From NCBI RefSeq assembly GCF_964213995.1, contig NC_135813.1, positions 44,578,001 to 44,642,000 of the forward strand: 64,000 nucleotides of DNA. Direction: 5' to 3'. This document shows positions 24,332 through 36,167 of this stretch, one piece after another; the stretch's first letter is position 1; each line of letters opens with the position of its first letter. The position numbers and the translations under genes are program-made. The notes beneath the pieces were generated by a model. It did no database searches. It saw only the letters and a program-made list of their open reading frames with translations, and was not told the origin of the DNA. Source of the stretch: Mustelus asterias. Taxonomy: Eukaryota.

Positions 24332-24349
24332 ACACCCCCCCCCCCCCCG
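24264..24349. repeat. (CA)n microsatellite followed by poly-C
   Basis: About 35 CA units. Confidence 0.97.
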
Positions 24350-24529
24350 ACTTTTGGAGAATCAATGATCAGCAAACTCATTTTTAGTAAAGAATTATAA
24401 GCCCCTATTATGTTTGTACGAACCCATTGAGTGCAACGCAATGGTTCATGCTTAAATGCTTTCATTACGTTAGGTTTGTGAATGCCATCTTTGAGCTGGC
24501 AGGAGGTTGCTTATAAATTGTGTGAATGG

Positions 24530-24840
24530 GATATTGGAAGTGGAATTCCCCGGAGCCGCACAGTCCCTAATCTATAACCAGCAGCTCCCGGATACAGGGT
24601 GACAGCAGAGAAAGCACAGAAATTCCATTCCGTTCCACAAGTGCTGTGCCTGAAGACAAGTCCCCGGCTCATTGTCTGCTGGTGCTCCATCCTGAGCTGT
24701 TTCTCTGGGCACCTTTGCCATTGCCTTCCACTTTTGGGCAAATCCCAAGTCTACCTCAGCCGGAATGGGAATCAAACCCCTCCTGTTGGAATTATTCTGA
24801 CCACACACTAGCCACCCAACCAACTGCGCTGACCAGCCTC
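24530..24840 (-). mobile_element. Third tRNA-derived SINE family (tentative)
   Basis: Minus strand begins GGCTGGTCAGCGCAGTTGGTT with B box GGTTTGATTCC; body unrelated to HE1. Confidence 0.5.
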
Positions 24841-25004
24841 ATTCAGCAGAAAATAAACTGACAGAATTGTCTCCCTGTGCTGGGGGGACTAACTCATTAC
24901 CAGGTATCCATAATCATTGATCAGATTTGCTGAGGAGATGTAGACTGTGCAGTAGCCATTATCTAGTTTTTATTACTGTGGGGCGGCACAGCAGTACAGT
25001 GGAG

Positions 25005-25358
25005 AGCGGCACGGTAGCACAGTGGTTAGCACTGCTGCTTCACAGCTCCAGGGACCTGGGTTCGATTCCTGGCTCGGGTCACTGTCTGTGTGGAGTTTGC
25101 ACATTCTCCCCGTGTCTGCGTGGGTTTCCTCCGGGTGCTCCGGTTTCCTCCCACAGTCCAAAGATGTGCGGGTTAGGTTGATTGGCCATGCTAAAATTGC
25201 CCCTTAGTGTCCTGGGATGCGTAGATTAGAGGGATTAGCGGGTAAAATATGTAGGGGATATGGGGGTAGGGCCTGGGTGGGATTGTGGTCGGTGCAGACT
25301 CGATGGGCCGAATGGCCTCTTTCTGTACTGTAGGGTTTCTATGATTTCTTTCTATGAT
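25005..25358 (+). mobile_element. HE1-like V-SINE, tail A (young)
   Basis: Full length. Confidence 0.9.
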
Positions 25359-25471
25359 TACATGCCGTACTTGTTTTATGAGCTTTCTGTTTTTGTTTTC
25401 TGTCTCTCTGTCTCCCTGGGTCATTGCCACTTGCCTCCACCCTCACCACCCCACTCCAAACCCTCTCACAG

Positions 25472-25562
25472 TCCCTGAGTCTGGATGCAGAAGCTATGAC
25501 CTACCCTCCAGCCAGTGTGTGCAGCAATGGGACGGAAGCCATCAAACAGTTTCTGTGCAACG
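25472..25562 (+). CDS. LRSAM1: LRSAM1 coding exon 8
   Basis: SLSLDAEAMTYPPASVCSNGTEAIKQFLCN(E); CAG/GTAAG. Confidence 0.96.
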
Positions 25563-25758
25563 GTAAGGGGTGTGATTGCCGAAAGATTGCCATTGTCACT
25601 GCCTCACTGGCTCACCAGAGGAATGGCCCCTTAACTCATTCACTGTACATTGGTGAAAGCAAAGTCTGGTATACGTGCCAGTGACAGGTACTGCGAGAGA
25701 GCACCACACACCTTCACCTAACTGGAAAAGGGAGTGAGTGACCTCTCTTGAAGTGTAT

Positions 25759-26085
25759 GGGTGGCACAGTGGTTAGCACTGCTGCCTCACGGCACCAGGG
25801 ACCCGGGTTCAATTCCTGGTTTGTGGAGTCACTGTCTGTGTGGAGTTTGCACATTCCCCCCATGTCTGTGTAGGTTTCCTCTGGGTGCTCCTCCCACACT
25901 CCAAATATGTACAGGTAGGTGCGTTGGCCATGCTAAATTGCCCCTTAGTGTCCCGGGATGCGTAGGTTAGAGGGATTAGCAGGGTAAATATGTGGGGTTA
26001 CAGGGATAGGTCCTGGTTGGGATTGTGATTGGTGCAGACTCGATGGGTCGATTGGCCTCCTTCTGCACTGTAGAATTCTATAGGA
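25759..26085 (+). mobile_element. HE1-like V-SINE, tail A
   Basis: Head, V-domain, tail. Confidence 0.85.
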
Positions 26086-26586
26086 TAGGAAGGGAGCGAA
26101 TTGGGAATGAAAATCTGCCTTCCCCAAAGGGTCCAAAGTTTCATGCTCCCCACATCACAAAGACAAAGGCATATCTAAAGGCTTGTGGACTCGAGCCGGT
26201 ATCGTTTCCATTGTTGCATTACTGCTACCTGTCATTTGTTGAGACCCACAATCTTTGAGAGGGGGAGGGGGGAGGGAGAGTTTTCCAGGACTGACGGGAG
26301 GTTCCTGTTTATCCATTTCATCCCGTATGGGAGGGAACACTCCGAACCATCAGCAAACGCTGATGTGTGTAGGAGCTGACGCCTGTTTTACTTAAAATAA
26401 CGTGTTAGGAGGAACTGCTGGGAACACAGCAAGTTAGGAAGGAATGAAAGACTTCATCATTCAGCCTCTTTCACAATGTGAGGATGATCCAAACAGCATT
26501 ACACCCAATGACGTATTTTAGAATTTAGTCACGGTTGTAATGTAGGAAATGTAACAGTCAGTTCGTGCACAAACAGCATTGAGGTG

Positions 26587-26901
26587 TCATAGAAACCCTA
26601 CAGTGCAGAAGGAGGCTTTTCGGCCCATCGAGTCTGCACCGTCAACAATCCCACCCTAGCCCTATTCCCTGCTTAGTTACCCTGCTAATCCCTCTAACCT
26701 ATCACATCTCGGGACATAAGGATTAATTTAACATGTCCAATCAACCTAACCCACACATCTATGGACTGTGGGAGGAAACCAGAGTACCCGGAGGAAAACC
26801 GCACAGAATGTGCAAACTCCACACAGACAGTGACCCAAGCCGGGAATTGAACCCGGGTCCCTGGCGCTGTGAGACAGCAGTGCTAACCACTGTGCCACCC
26901 A
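26587..26901 (-). mobile_element. HE1-like V-SINE, tail A
   Basis: Reverse orientation, full length. Confidence 0.85.
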
Positions 26902-28160
26902 TCCAATCTGATTTTAATTGTTGATGAGGGGTATATATTGAGCAGGACACACGGGACAATTCCTCCCCTGTCCCTCGGCAGATTGATGCCATGGGAACTT
27001 TTAACTTTTCAAGTCAGCAGGAAGAACTCTCTGCTCTCCTTCAAATAGTGCTGTGGGATGTCTGTTTGAGGGGCAGATACAGCCACGGTTTACTGACTCA
27101 CTTGAAAGTTGGCACCTCCGGCAGTGCAGCATTCTCTCAGTACGGCGCTGGAGGGCCAGCCTAGATTATAGATGCTCAAATTTCTGGATTAGGACTTTAG
27201 CTCATGGCAGTTTCTGCATTTTGAGGTGAGTGGGATACCTCGACTCAGTGGGAACACTCGAGGAAAAGGAAAGTGTAGTGAGGTCTCAAGTGGAATCCTT
27301 TATCTTTCTGAAGCTAACTGGCCTGATGTATTTCTGGCAATTCCAATTTTCTTTATCCTTCATTGTTTGTTTAGTTTAATAAACAAATGTTAGTTTATTG
27401 CCAACATGGTGTTGAAAAATTATTTAATTTGTTTTCTCAAATTTTCATGGCGTTTTCTCCCAAGCCCTCGTGAGTAATCGCCTTTTCCAACTGTTCCAAA
27501 CAGAAAACAGTGAAGTGGAAATTGGGGCACAAAAGTCCAAGGTATTTCCTGGACTTTCTCGCTTCTGCTAATGGTGTGTTAGGTTTCAGTTCAGGGCCCT
27601 TCCCCGGGCAGTTTGCTCATGTTTCAGTGTTCTAGCAATGATACTGAGCACTCCACAAACACCAACTGTCCCTCGCTGCTTCAGTCCAGCAGCTGGGCTG
27701 AAGAATAGGCAGCGAATTGTCATCCAGCTCATTGATCTTGCAGGGACATCCTGGCCCTTCCTGACCCTGTGCTGACCTGCAGTTCACACACTTGCACTTT
27801 ACAGAGTTGTCACTGGCTTTGATTTGTCATCCTTTTTAGCAAGCGATGGAGCAGAAGGTTCTAACATGCCACCTAACTGCTCCCAGAGCAGGGTTATAAC
27901 CACTGACCAGAATTTACTCTTATGGGGAGCTCGCTTCAGTAATCTCCAGTCCTGCCCTGATTTTCCCACTATGACCTCTGACCCACCCCTCCCGATTTTC
28001 CCACTGCGACCTCTGACCTGACCCTCCTTCATTAATTTGCACCTTGAGTAACTCCTGCGGTTTTGTCCTTGGCCCTTCATGTGTGAATAAGGTGACTCTG
28101 ATGCTGCCTTTGAACGTGGGAGCGGGTCTTTTGCTGATTTGCTTTCATCCTGCTGAAATC

Positions 28161-28473
28161 GGGTAGCATGGTGGCACAGTGGTTAGCACTACTGCCCCAC
28201 AGCGCCAGGGATCCGGGTTCAATTCCCAGCTTGGGTCACTGTCTGTGTGGAGTTTGCACGTTTGCCCCACGTCCTAATGGATTTCCTCTGGGTGCTCCGG
28301 TTTCCTCCCACAGTCCAAAAATGTGCTGGCTAGGTACGTTGGCCATGCTAAACTCTCCCTCCGTGTACCCGAACAGGCGCCGGAGTGTGGCGGCTCGGCG
28401 ATTTTCACAGTAACTTCACTGCAGTGTTAATGTAAGCCTACATGTGACACTAATAAATAAACTTTAACTTTAA
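28161..28473 (+). mobile_element. V-SINE, tail type B
   Basis: Head, V-domain, type B tail ending AATAAATAAACTTTAACTTT. Confidence 0.88.
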
Positions 28474-29206
28474 TGTCGTGGAGAGTTGACCAGGTCCGTG
28501 AGTAATGTTAAAACAAAATCCATTCTGAAAAGGTAAATGAAGAATGAATGATGCTTTTATCCTTGGCTAAGTGAAGCACCCAGCAATATGCTTACTCAAA
28601 TAGACCAGAATGCCCACAGTCTGGCCACTTTGGTTGGATTTGAGCTCTGTCCCCATGCTTTGATGGGGTGGAATTCTCTCTGGTGTCCCAGCCAATATTT
28701 ATTTCAGAACCCACACACCCCTTTCCTAAAACAAATCATGATTATCCGGGTTATCACATTGCTGTTTATGGGATATTTCTGTGTATAGATTGACTGCTGC
28801 ATTTCTTGCATTACTTAAGGGCTTGGCTGTAGAAGGCTGTGGAATATTCTGGGATTGTGAAAGGTGCTATATAAATGCAAGCTCTTCCTTTTTTAAGATC
28901 CCCCCCTTCACTCTTAACGACTCCCACTGAGTTCTCCTGGACAGATAGGATGCCAGAGGTGATGACAGAGTGGACGTAAAGACCCTCTTCCCCTGCCCCA
29001 CCCACATAATAAAAAGCTACTTGGGTGGACCCAATATAACCATATTCAGGGAAAAGGGAGATGTTACAGGGTGGAAATGGTTTAGACTGTGTTTGTCTCT
29101 GTAGGGAGGTGTTTGGGAAAAGGCACAGGTTTGTAATGGTCACATTACCGGCCTCACTGTGGACATGATTGGGAATCAGCCTGGGATTTCATTGCTTCCA
29201 TTCCAG

Positions 29207-29337
29207 AGCTTGGAATCGAATACCTGCCTCCCTCACAGTATCTGCTGCCAGTGCTGGAGAGTGATGGGAAAATACCAGAGAGTGACGGAGTGGACGGCAT
29301 GTTCCAACAACAGATGCAGGAGGTGGAGCAGTGGCAG
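29207..29337 (+). CDS. LRSAM1: LRSAM1 coding exon 9
   Basis: (E)LGIEYLPPSQYLLPVLESDGKIPESDGVDGMFQQQMQEVEQWQ; TTCCAG/GTGAG. Confidence 0.95.
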
Positions 29338-29604
29338 GTGAGAAGTGCAGAGGTGCATCGTCTGTCGGCGAGTGAAAGTGGATCTTTATCATTGTGCTGT
29401 AGGACTGCGAAGGAATGGTGCTCCACATTCTCTCCCTCCCTTAAACAATCGACTTGATCAGCTTCCTGCTGCATTCCTACATCAACAGTGAACAAGTGAT
29501 TAGCAGACCAGTTCAACCAGACCAGCTTGTGTGAAGGTCAGAAACTCACACTGCAGATTAGGTTAGGTTGTTATGGCAAATTGAGTCCTGTCAGTACAAC
29601 GCTG

Positions 29605-31469
29605 TAAGAAGTCTAACAACAGCAGGTTAAAGTCCAACAGGTTTATTTGGTAGCAAAAGCCACAAACTTTCGGAGCCCCAAGCCCCTTCTTCAGGTGAGT
29701 GAGGACTCGTGTTCACAAACAGGGCATATAAAGACACAAACTCAATTTACAAGATAATGGGTGGAATGTGAGTCTTTACAGGTAATCAAGTCTTAAAGGT
29801 ACAGACAATGTGAGTGGAGAGAGCATTAGGCACCGGTTAAAAAGATGCGTATTGTTTCCAGACAGGAAAGTTAGTGAGATTTTGCAAGTCCAGGCAAGCT
29901 GTGGGGGTTACTGATATTGTGACATGAACCCAAGATCCCGGTTGAGGCCGTCCTCGTGTGCGGAACTTGGCTATCAGTTTCTGCTCAGCAACTCTGCGTT
30001 GTCGTGTGTCGTGAAGGCTGTCTTGGAGAACGCTTACCTGAAGATCAGAGGCTGATGCTCTGAGGTTGTGCGGTTGTTTGAAGGCAAGAAGTGGGGGTGT
30101 GGGGATGGCCTTGGCGAGATGTTTGTCTTCATAAATGACATGTTGAAGGCTCCGGAGGAGATGTCGTAGCTTCGCTCCGGGGAAGTACTGGACGACGAAG
30201 GGTACTCTGTCCACCGTGTCCCGTGTTTGTCTTCTGAGGAGGTCGGTGCGGTTTTTCGCTGTGGCGCATCGGAACTGTTGACCGATGAGTCGAGCGCCAT
30301 ATCCTGATCTTATGAGGGCATCTTTCAACGTCTGGAGGTGTCTGTTGCGATCCTCCTCATCCAAGCAGATCCTGTGTCTACGGAGGGCTTGTCCATAGGG
30401 GATGGTTCTTTAACGTGTTTAGGGTGGAAGCTGGAGAAGTGGAGCATCGTGAGGTTATCCGTGGGCTTGCAGTACAGTGAGGTGCTGAGGTGACCGTCCT
30501 TAATGCAGATGCGTGTGTCCAAGATTGCAACCGATTCCGGAGAGTGGTCCATGGTGAGTCTGTTGGTGGGATGGAACTTATTGATGTCATCAGTGATTGT
30601 TCACCATGAGTCCAAAGGAAGAAAATGTCATCGATGTATCTAGTGTATAGCATCGGTGAAAGTACTGTGCGGTGAAGAAGTCTTGTTCGAACCTGTGCAT
30701 GAAGATGTTGGCATATTGAGGTGCAAATTTGGTCCCCATGGCTGTTCCGTGTGTCTGGATGAAGAACTGGTTGTTGAAGGTGAAGACATTGTGGTCCAGG
30801 ATGAAGCGGTGTTCAGTCATCCGTTGTCGTAGCGTCTGCATATACCATGCCTCGGGACACCCTTTCCTGCAGCGTATCGGGTAGACAACGTTGGCCGAGT
30901 TGCAAGAGTATGTACTGTGTACCTGGTGGATGGTATTCCCACGTGAGATGAGGATGAGTTGTAAAATTGCATCTGGAAACTGGGAGTTGTCAGTGTTGAG
31001 TTCTGAGGCAGTTGCAGTAATGCCATCATCGTGGGGGATGCTGGTGTAGAGTGCCGAGACATCCATTGTGACGAGGAGTGCTCCTGGTTCAACTGCACCA
31101 TGTGCGTTGAGTTTCTGTAGGAAGTCCGTAGTGTCGCGACAAAAGCTGGGGGTTCTTTGTACAATGGGTTTCAGGATGCCCTCGACGTAGCCGGAGAGGT
31201 TCTTGCACAGGGTCCCATTGCCCGATACGGTGGGACAGCCGGGTGTGTTTGCCTTGTGTATCTTCGGGAGGCAGTAGAGATCTCCAACGCGGGGAGTACG
31301 TGGGATGAGAGCACGGAGGGTGCTCTGAAGGTCCGGATCAAAGGTCTTGATCAGTCTGTTGAGTTGACTGGTGTGTTCTTTGGTCGGCTACCAAATAAAC
31401 CTGTTGGACTTTAACCTGGTGTTAGACTTCTTACTGTGTTTACCCCAGTCCAACGCCGGCATCACCACA
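29605..31469 (-). mobile_element. Penelope-like element, internally rearranged
   Basis: RT motifs MDVSALYTSIPH, GTAMGTKFAPQYANIFM, RYIDDIF; short inverted terminus at about 31388-31469; TSD TCAG(T/C)ACAAC(G/C)CTG at 29591-29604 and 31470-31483. Confidence 0.92.
29660..29697 (-). ncRNA. Minimal type I hammerhead ribozyme motif
   Basis: CAC-CTGAAGA-A-GGGGCT(TGG)GGCTCC-GAAA-GT-TT-GTGG. Confidence 0.65.
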
Positions 31470-32507
31470 TCAGCACAACCCTGAGCCATCCATTCCATGT
31501 GTGTATACATTGTCTGTGCATTTGCATGCGTTCCCTGCTCTGCAGTTCATTATCAAGTGCTCTTGGCTCATGTATAACACAGTCAGGCACAGAATAAAAC
31601 TCTCATCCCAGACATGTTCTTGTTCTGTAAACCCCAAACCCCTTCACTCTCCAAAACACACAATTTCATTATTTCCTACACCAGCTCTTGTCTCTGACTG
31701 CAGCTGTTTGGAGGCATTTCTCTGCTGAGAACCCTTGCTCGCTGGGACTGGATTCAGGTCAGTGCTACGCTTTCTGGAAATTCATTGCACGGGCTAATCG
31801 TAGTTTGTAACGTGCATCCTAACTTTGCCCTTTCCTGGTTTGAACCTGCAAATCTGCCTGAAATAATGATCCAAATTTGCCATTTACTATCCTGTAAATC
31901 TCTACAGTTCACCTCTTAGACGCTTCCTTAATGAAGCTATGCTCACAATTTGAACTGCACTGCTGCAAATCCAGCTTACTGTTCTTCCTGCCACTGGTGT
32001 TTGAATGTCTCCCCTGTGTCTCAGTGATGGAAGTGGACAATCTCTGAGCTGTGCCCTAACTACAGTTTGATAACTCCCTCTGATTTGTATTCCACCATGG
32101 GCCATGTAGATGAATGTTCTGTTTGGGGCCATTCATTTCCATTGTGTATTGTGGACATTTTGATCATTGAATCTATTGAGACCCCAAGGTATCATTCGAC
32201 TGGGATAACCCTCGTCATCCCAGCACCACAGATGGAATATTACAGGATCTTACAATAGACAAAGTGGCCATTCAGCTCCTCGTGGTTTCTGAAAGAGCTA
32301 TCCTGAATGTTACTACTCAACTCTTCTCCCCATGGCCCTGCAAATTTCTCCTTTTCAAGTATTTATTTAATCACTTTTGAAGGTTGCTGTTGAATCTGCT
32401 TCCACCACCCTTTCAAGCAAGCACACTCCAGATCATCATAACACTTTATTAAAAATGTTCTCCTCCCTTCCCTAGCAGATTTATTTAGTCAATTATTTGA
32501 TATCCAA

Positions 32508-32816
32508 AGTTTTTAAGTTTAAAGTTTATTTAATGTCACAAGTAGGTTTACATTAACACTGTAATGAAGTTACTGTTAAAATCCCCTAGCCCCACACTCC
32601 GGCACCTGTTCGGGTGCAGTGAGGGAGAATTTAGCATGGCCAGTGCACCTAACCAGCACATCTTTCGGACTGTGGGAGGAAACCAGAGCACCTGGAGGAA
32701 ACCCACGCATACACGGGGAGAATGTGCAGACTCCGCACAGACAGTGACCCAAGCCGGGAATCGAACCTGGGTCCCTGGAGCTGTGAGGCAGCAGTGCTAA
32801 CGACTATGCCACCATG
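32508..32816 (-). mobile_element. V-SINE, tail type B
   Basis: Reverse orientation, type B tail. Confidence 0.88.
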
Positions 32817-33116
32817 TGTCCTCTAATTACTTTCTACCACTGGAAACAGTAGCTTTTTAAAAATTTGCTCTCCAAACCCTTTATAATATTGAACACCCCT
32901 CTTAAACCTCACCATAACCTTCTCTACTCTAAGGAGAACAAGTCCTGCTTCTCCAGTCTCACTATGTAGCATGGTCACCGCAGATTGGGAGAAAAATAAC
33001 AAGAAAGAACTGTTTGAGGAGTAATCTCAAGCTGTGGTGTTTCTTCCTTTGAACCACAAAGAATATCGGCAGCCAAAGGACAAAAGGTGAGCTAGAAACT
33101 GGGCAATCCCAGTAAA

Positions 33117-34743
33117 GATGTGGAGATGCCGGCATTGGACTGGGGTAAACACAGTAAGAAGTCTAACAACACCAGGTTAAAGTCCAACAGGTTTATTTGG
33201 TAGTGAAAGCCACTAGCTTTCGGAACAGGCTGTCCCTTCGTCAGGTGGGTGGGAGTTCTGATCACAAACAGGGCACAAAGACACAAACTCAATTTACATG
33301 AATAATGATTGGAATGTGAGTCTTTACATCTAATCAAGTCTTAAAGGTACAGACAATGTGAGTGGAAGGAGCATTAAGCACAGGTTAAAGAGATGTGTAT
33401 TGTCTCCAGAGAGGACAGCCAGTGAGATTTTGCAAGTCCAGTCAGGGGTTGTGGAGGTTACAGATAGTGTGACATGAGCCCAATATCCCGGTTGAGGCCG
33501 TCCTCATGTGTGCGGAACCTGGCTATCAGTCTCTGCTCAGCGACTCTGCGTTGTCGTGTGTCGTGAAGGCCGCCTTGGAGAACGCTTACCCGAATATCAG
33601 AGGCCGAATGCCCGTGACCGCTGAAGTGCTCCCCAACAGGAAGAGAACACTCCTGCCTGGTGATTGTCGAGCGGTGTTCATTCATCCATTGTCGTAGCGT
33701 CTGCATGGTTTCCCCAATGTACCATGCCTCGGGACATCCTTTCCTGCAGCATAACAGGTAGACAATGTTGGCCGAGTTGCAAGAGTATGTATCGTGTACC
33801 TGGTAGATGGTGTTTTCGCGTGAGATGATGGCATCCGTGTCGATGATCCGGCACGTCTTGCAGAGGTTGCTGTGGCAGGGTTGTGTGGTGTTGTGGTCAC
33901 TGTTCTCCTGAAGGCTGGGTAGTTTGCTGCGGACAATGGTCTGTTTGAGGTTGTGCGGTTGTTTGAAAGCAAGAAGTGGGGGTGTGGGAATGGCCTTGGC
34001 GAGATGTTTGTCTTCAATGACATGTTGAAGGCTCTGGAGGAGATGTCGTAGTTTCTCCGCTCCGGGGAAGTACTGGATGACGAAGGGTACTCAGTCCACT
34101 GTGTCCCGTGTTTGTCTTCTGAGGAGGTTGGTGCGGTTTTTCGCTGTGGCGCGTTGGAATTGTCAATCGATGAGTCGAGCACCATATCCTGTTCTTATGA
34201 GGGCATCTTTCAGCGTCTGGAGGTGTCTGTTGCGATCCTCCTCATCTGAGCAGATCCTGTGTATTCGGAGGGCTTGTCTGTAGGGGATGGCTTCTTTAAC
34301 GTGTTTAGGGTGGAAGCTGGAGAAGTGGAGCATCGTGAGGTTATCCGTGGGCTTGCGGTACAGTGAAGTGCTGAGGTGACGGTCCTTGATGGAGATGCGT
34401 GTGTCCAAGAATGCAACCGATTCTGGAGAGTAGTCCATGGTGAGTATGATGGTGGGATGGAACTTGTTGATGTCATCATGTAGTTGTTTCAGTGATTGTT
34501 CACCATGAGTCCAAAGGAAGAAAATGTCATCCATGTATCTAGTGTATAGCATCGGTTGAAGGTCCTGTGCGGTGAAGAAGTTTTGTTCGAACCTGTACCT
34601 TTAAGACTTGATTAGCTGTAAAGATTCACATTCCAATCATTATGTCTGCCCTGTTTGTAATCCGAACTCCAACCCACCTGACGAAGGGACAGCCTGTTCC
34701 GAAATGCTACCAAATAACCTGGTGTTGTTAGACTTCTTACTGT
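33117..34743 (-). mobile_element. Penelope-like element (RT C-terminus + GIY-YIG) with inverted terminus
   Basis: RYMDDIF, LYRKPT and YIGETMQTLRQ motifs; perfect 15-bp TSD GGCAATCCCAGTAAA at 33102-33116 and 34744-34758. Confidence 0.93.
33210..33248 (-). ncRNA. Minimal type I hammerhead ribozyme (best-preserved copy)
   Basis: CCAC-CTGACGA-A-GGGACA(GCC)TGTTCC-GAAA-GC-TA-GTGG: complete core, stems I and II, palindromic AGCT in place of stem III. Confidence 0.8.
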
Positions 34744-35494
34744 GGCAATCCCAGTAAAATCAGGCATTTCATCTGTGCCCACCCTGTGCTAAGCCACAAA
34801 CACTTTGACAAGCCATCCCAGGCCAGAACCAAACTGTTTAGTCGATTATGCAAGGACAGAGATAATACCGTACTCAAAGCTGTCTTTCTGGTTCTGTGGG
34901 CTCAGATTACGGAATTTGGGTTCCAGTTGCTTCCATCCTCAGAACTCTGAAGCTAAAAGGGATGTACTGATTTAATATTCAGAACTAGGGATGAGGTCAT
35001 CCTGAAATCTGATCCAGTCAGTCTTTTCAAATGGGCAATCTGAGCTCAGATGTTTTAGTGCCAGTTCCCTTGTTTTGATATCTAATGTAATGTAGCAATT
35101 ATACATAATTAATCACAACTTAAGTCAGCAAAGCTGGAAATGCTTACCTCGAGTTATAGCACTCAGTGCAAGTGCATCTTGGCTACAGCAAAGGTCTGCC
35201 TCTGGCTTGTTGCCATCTAATCCACAGCATGAATATATGATCATCTCTAATACATTTAATAAGGGATTCAGAGAAACCTCTTTCTTCAGTGAGTGGTTAA
35301 AATGTGGAACATGCTACCTTGTGGAGTAATTTAAGTGACTCGCAAAGATGCTGCAGCTCCAGCAACACTCCAGAAGCCCAATACCGTCCAGGACAAAACA
35401 AGCTGCTTGATTGATGCCCCGTCCACCGCCTTTATCATTCACTTCTCCCGTGACTGACGCACAGTGACATTGTGTGTCCCATTATAAGATCATT

Positions 35495-35780
35495 GATCTT
35501 AGAATCCCAACAGTGCAGAAGAGGCCATTCAGCCCATCAGGTCTGCGCCAACTCTTCTGACAACATCTCACCCAGGCGCTCTCCCCTGCCCTATCCCCAT
35601 AACCCCACAGATTCCCCCTGGCTAATTCATCTAACCTACACATCTTGGGACAATAAGGGGCAATTTAGCATGGCCAATCCACCTAACCTGCTTTTTTGAA
35701 CTGTGGAAGAAAACCGATGCAGACACGGGGAGAATTGCAAACTCCACACGGACAGTCATCCGAGGCCAGAATTGAACCCA
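35495..35780 (-). mobile_element. HE1-like V-SINE, tail A, diverged
   Basis: Tail and V-domain in reverse orientation. Confidence 0.75.
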
Positions 35781-36167
35781 GCAGCTGTGCTACAGATGCA
35801 CTGCAGTAGGTCACCAAACCTCCTTCCAAACCCAAGAACTGTACCACCTAGAGTTGCTATTCCATGCACTCAATCAATTAAATATCAGGAACATTAGTGC
35901 CTATAAATAAGAGTAACTAATCACTTTAATTCAAAAGGTAACAGATAAATCTGAATAAGTTAAACTTTTCTGCAATAAACAAAACCTTTAGGTCCCAATT
36001 ATCACAATGTTGTAATAGACTTGAAATCCTGAAGCTGCTACACTTGTTTGTTGTCTAATTTATGATCGACCTATTTTAAAAACAAAACGCAGAGTATACA
36101 TTGGGCTTGCAGGATATGAGATAGTTTGGTCTAGATACATCCGTCAATTTCTCAATCAGCAAATTAG

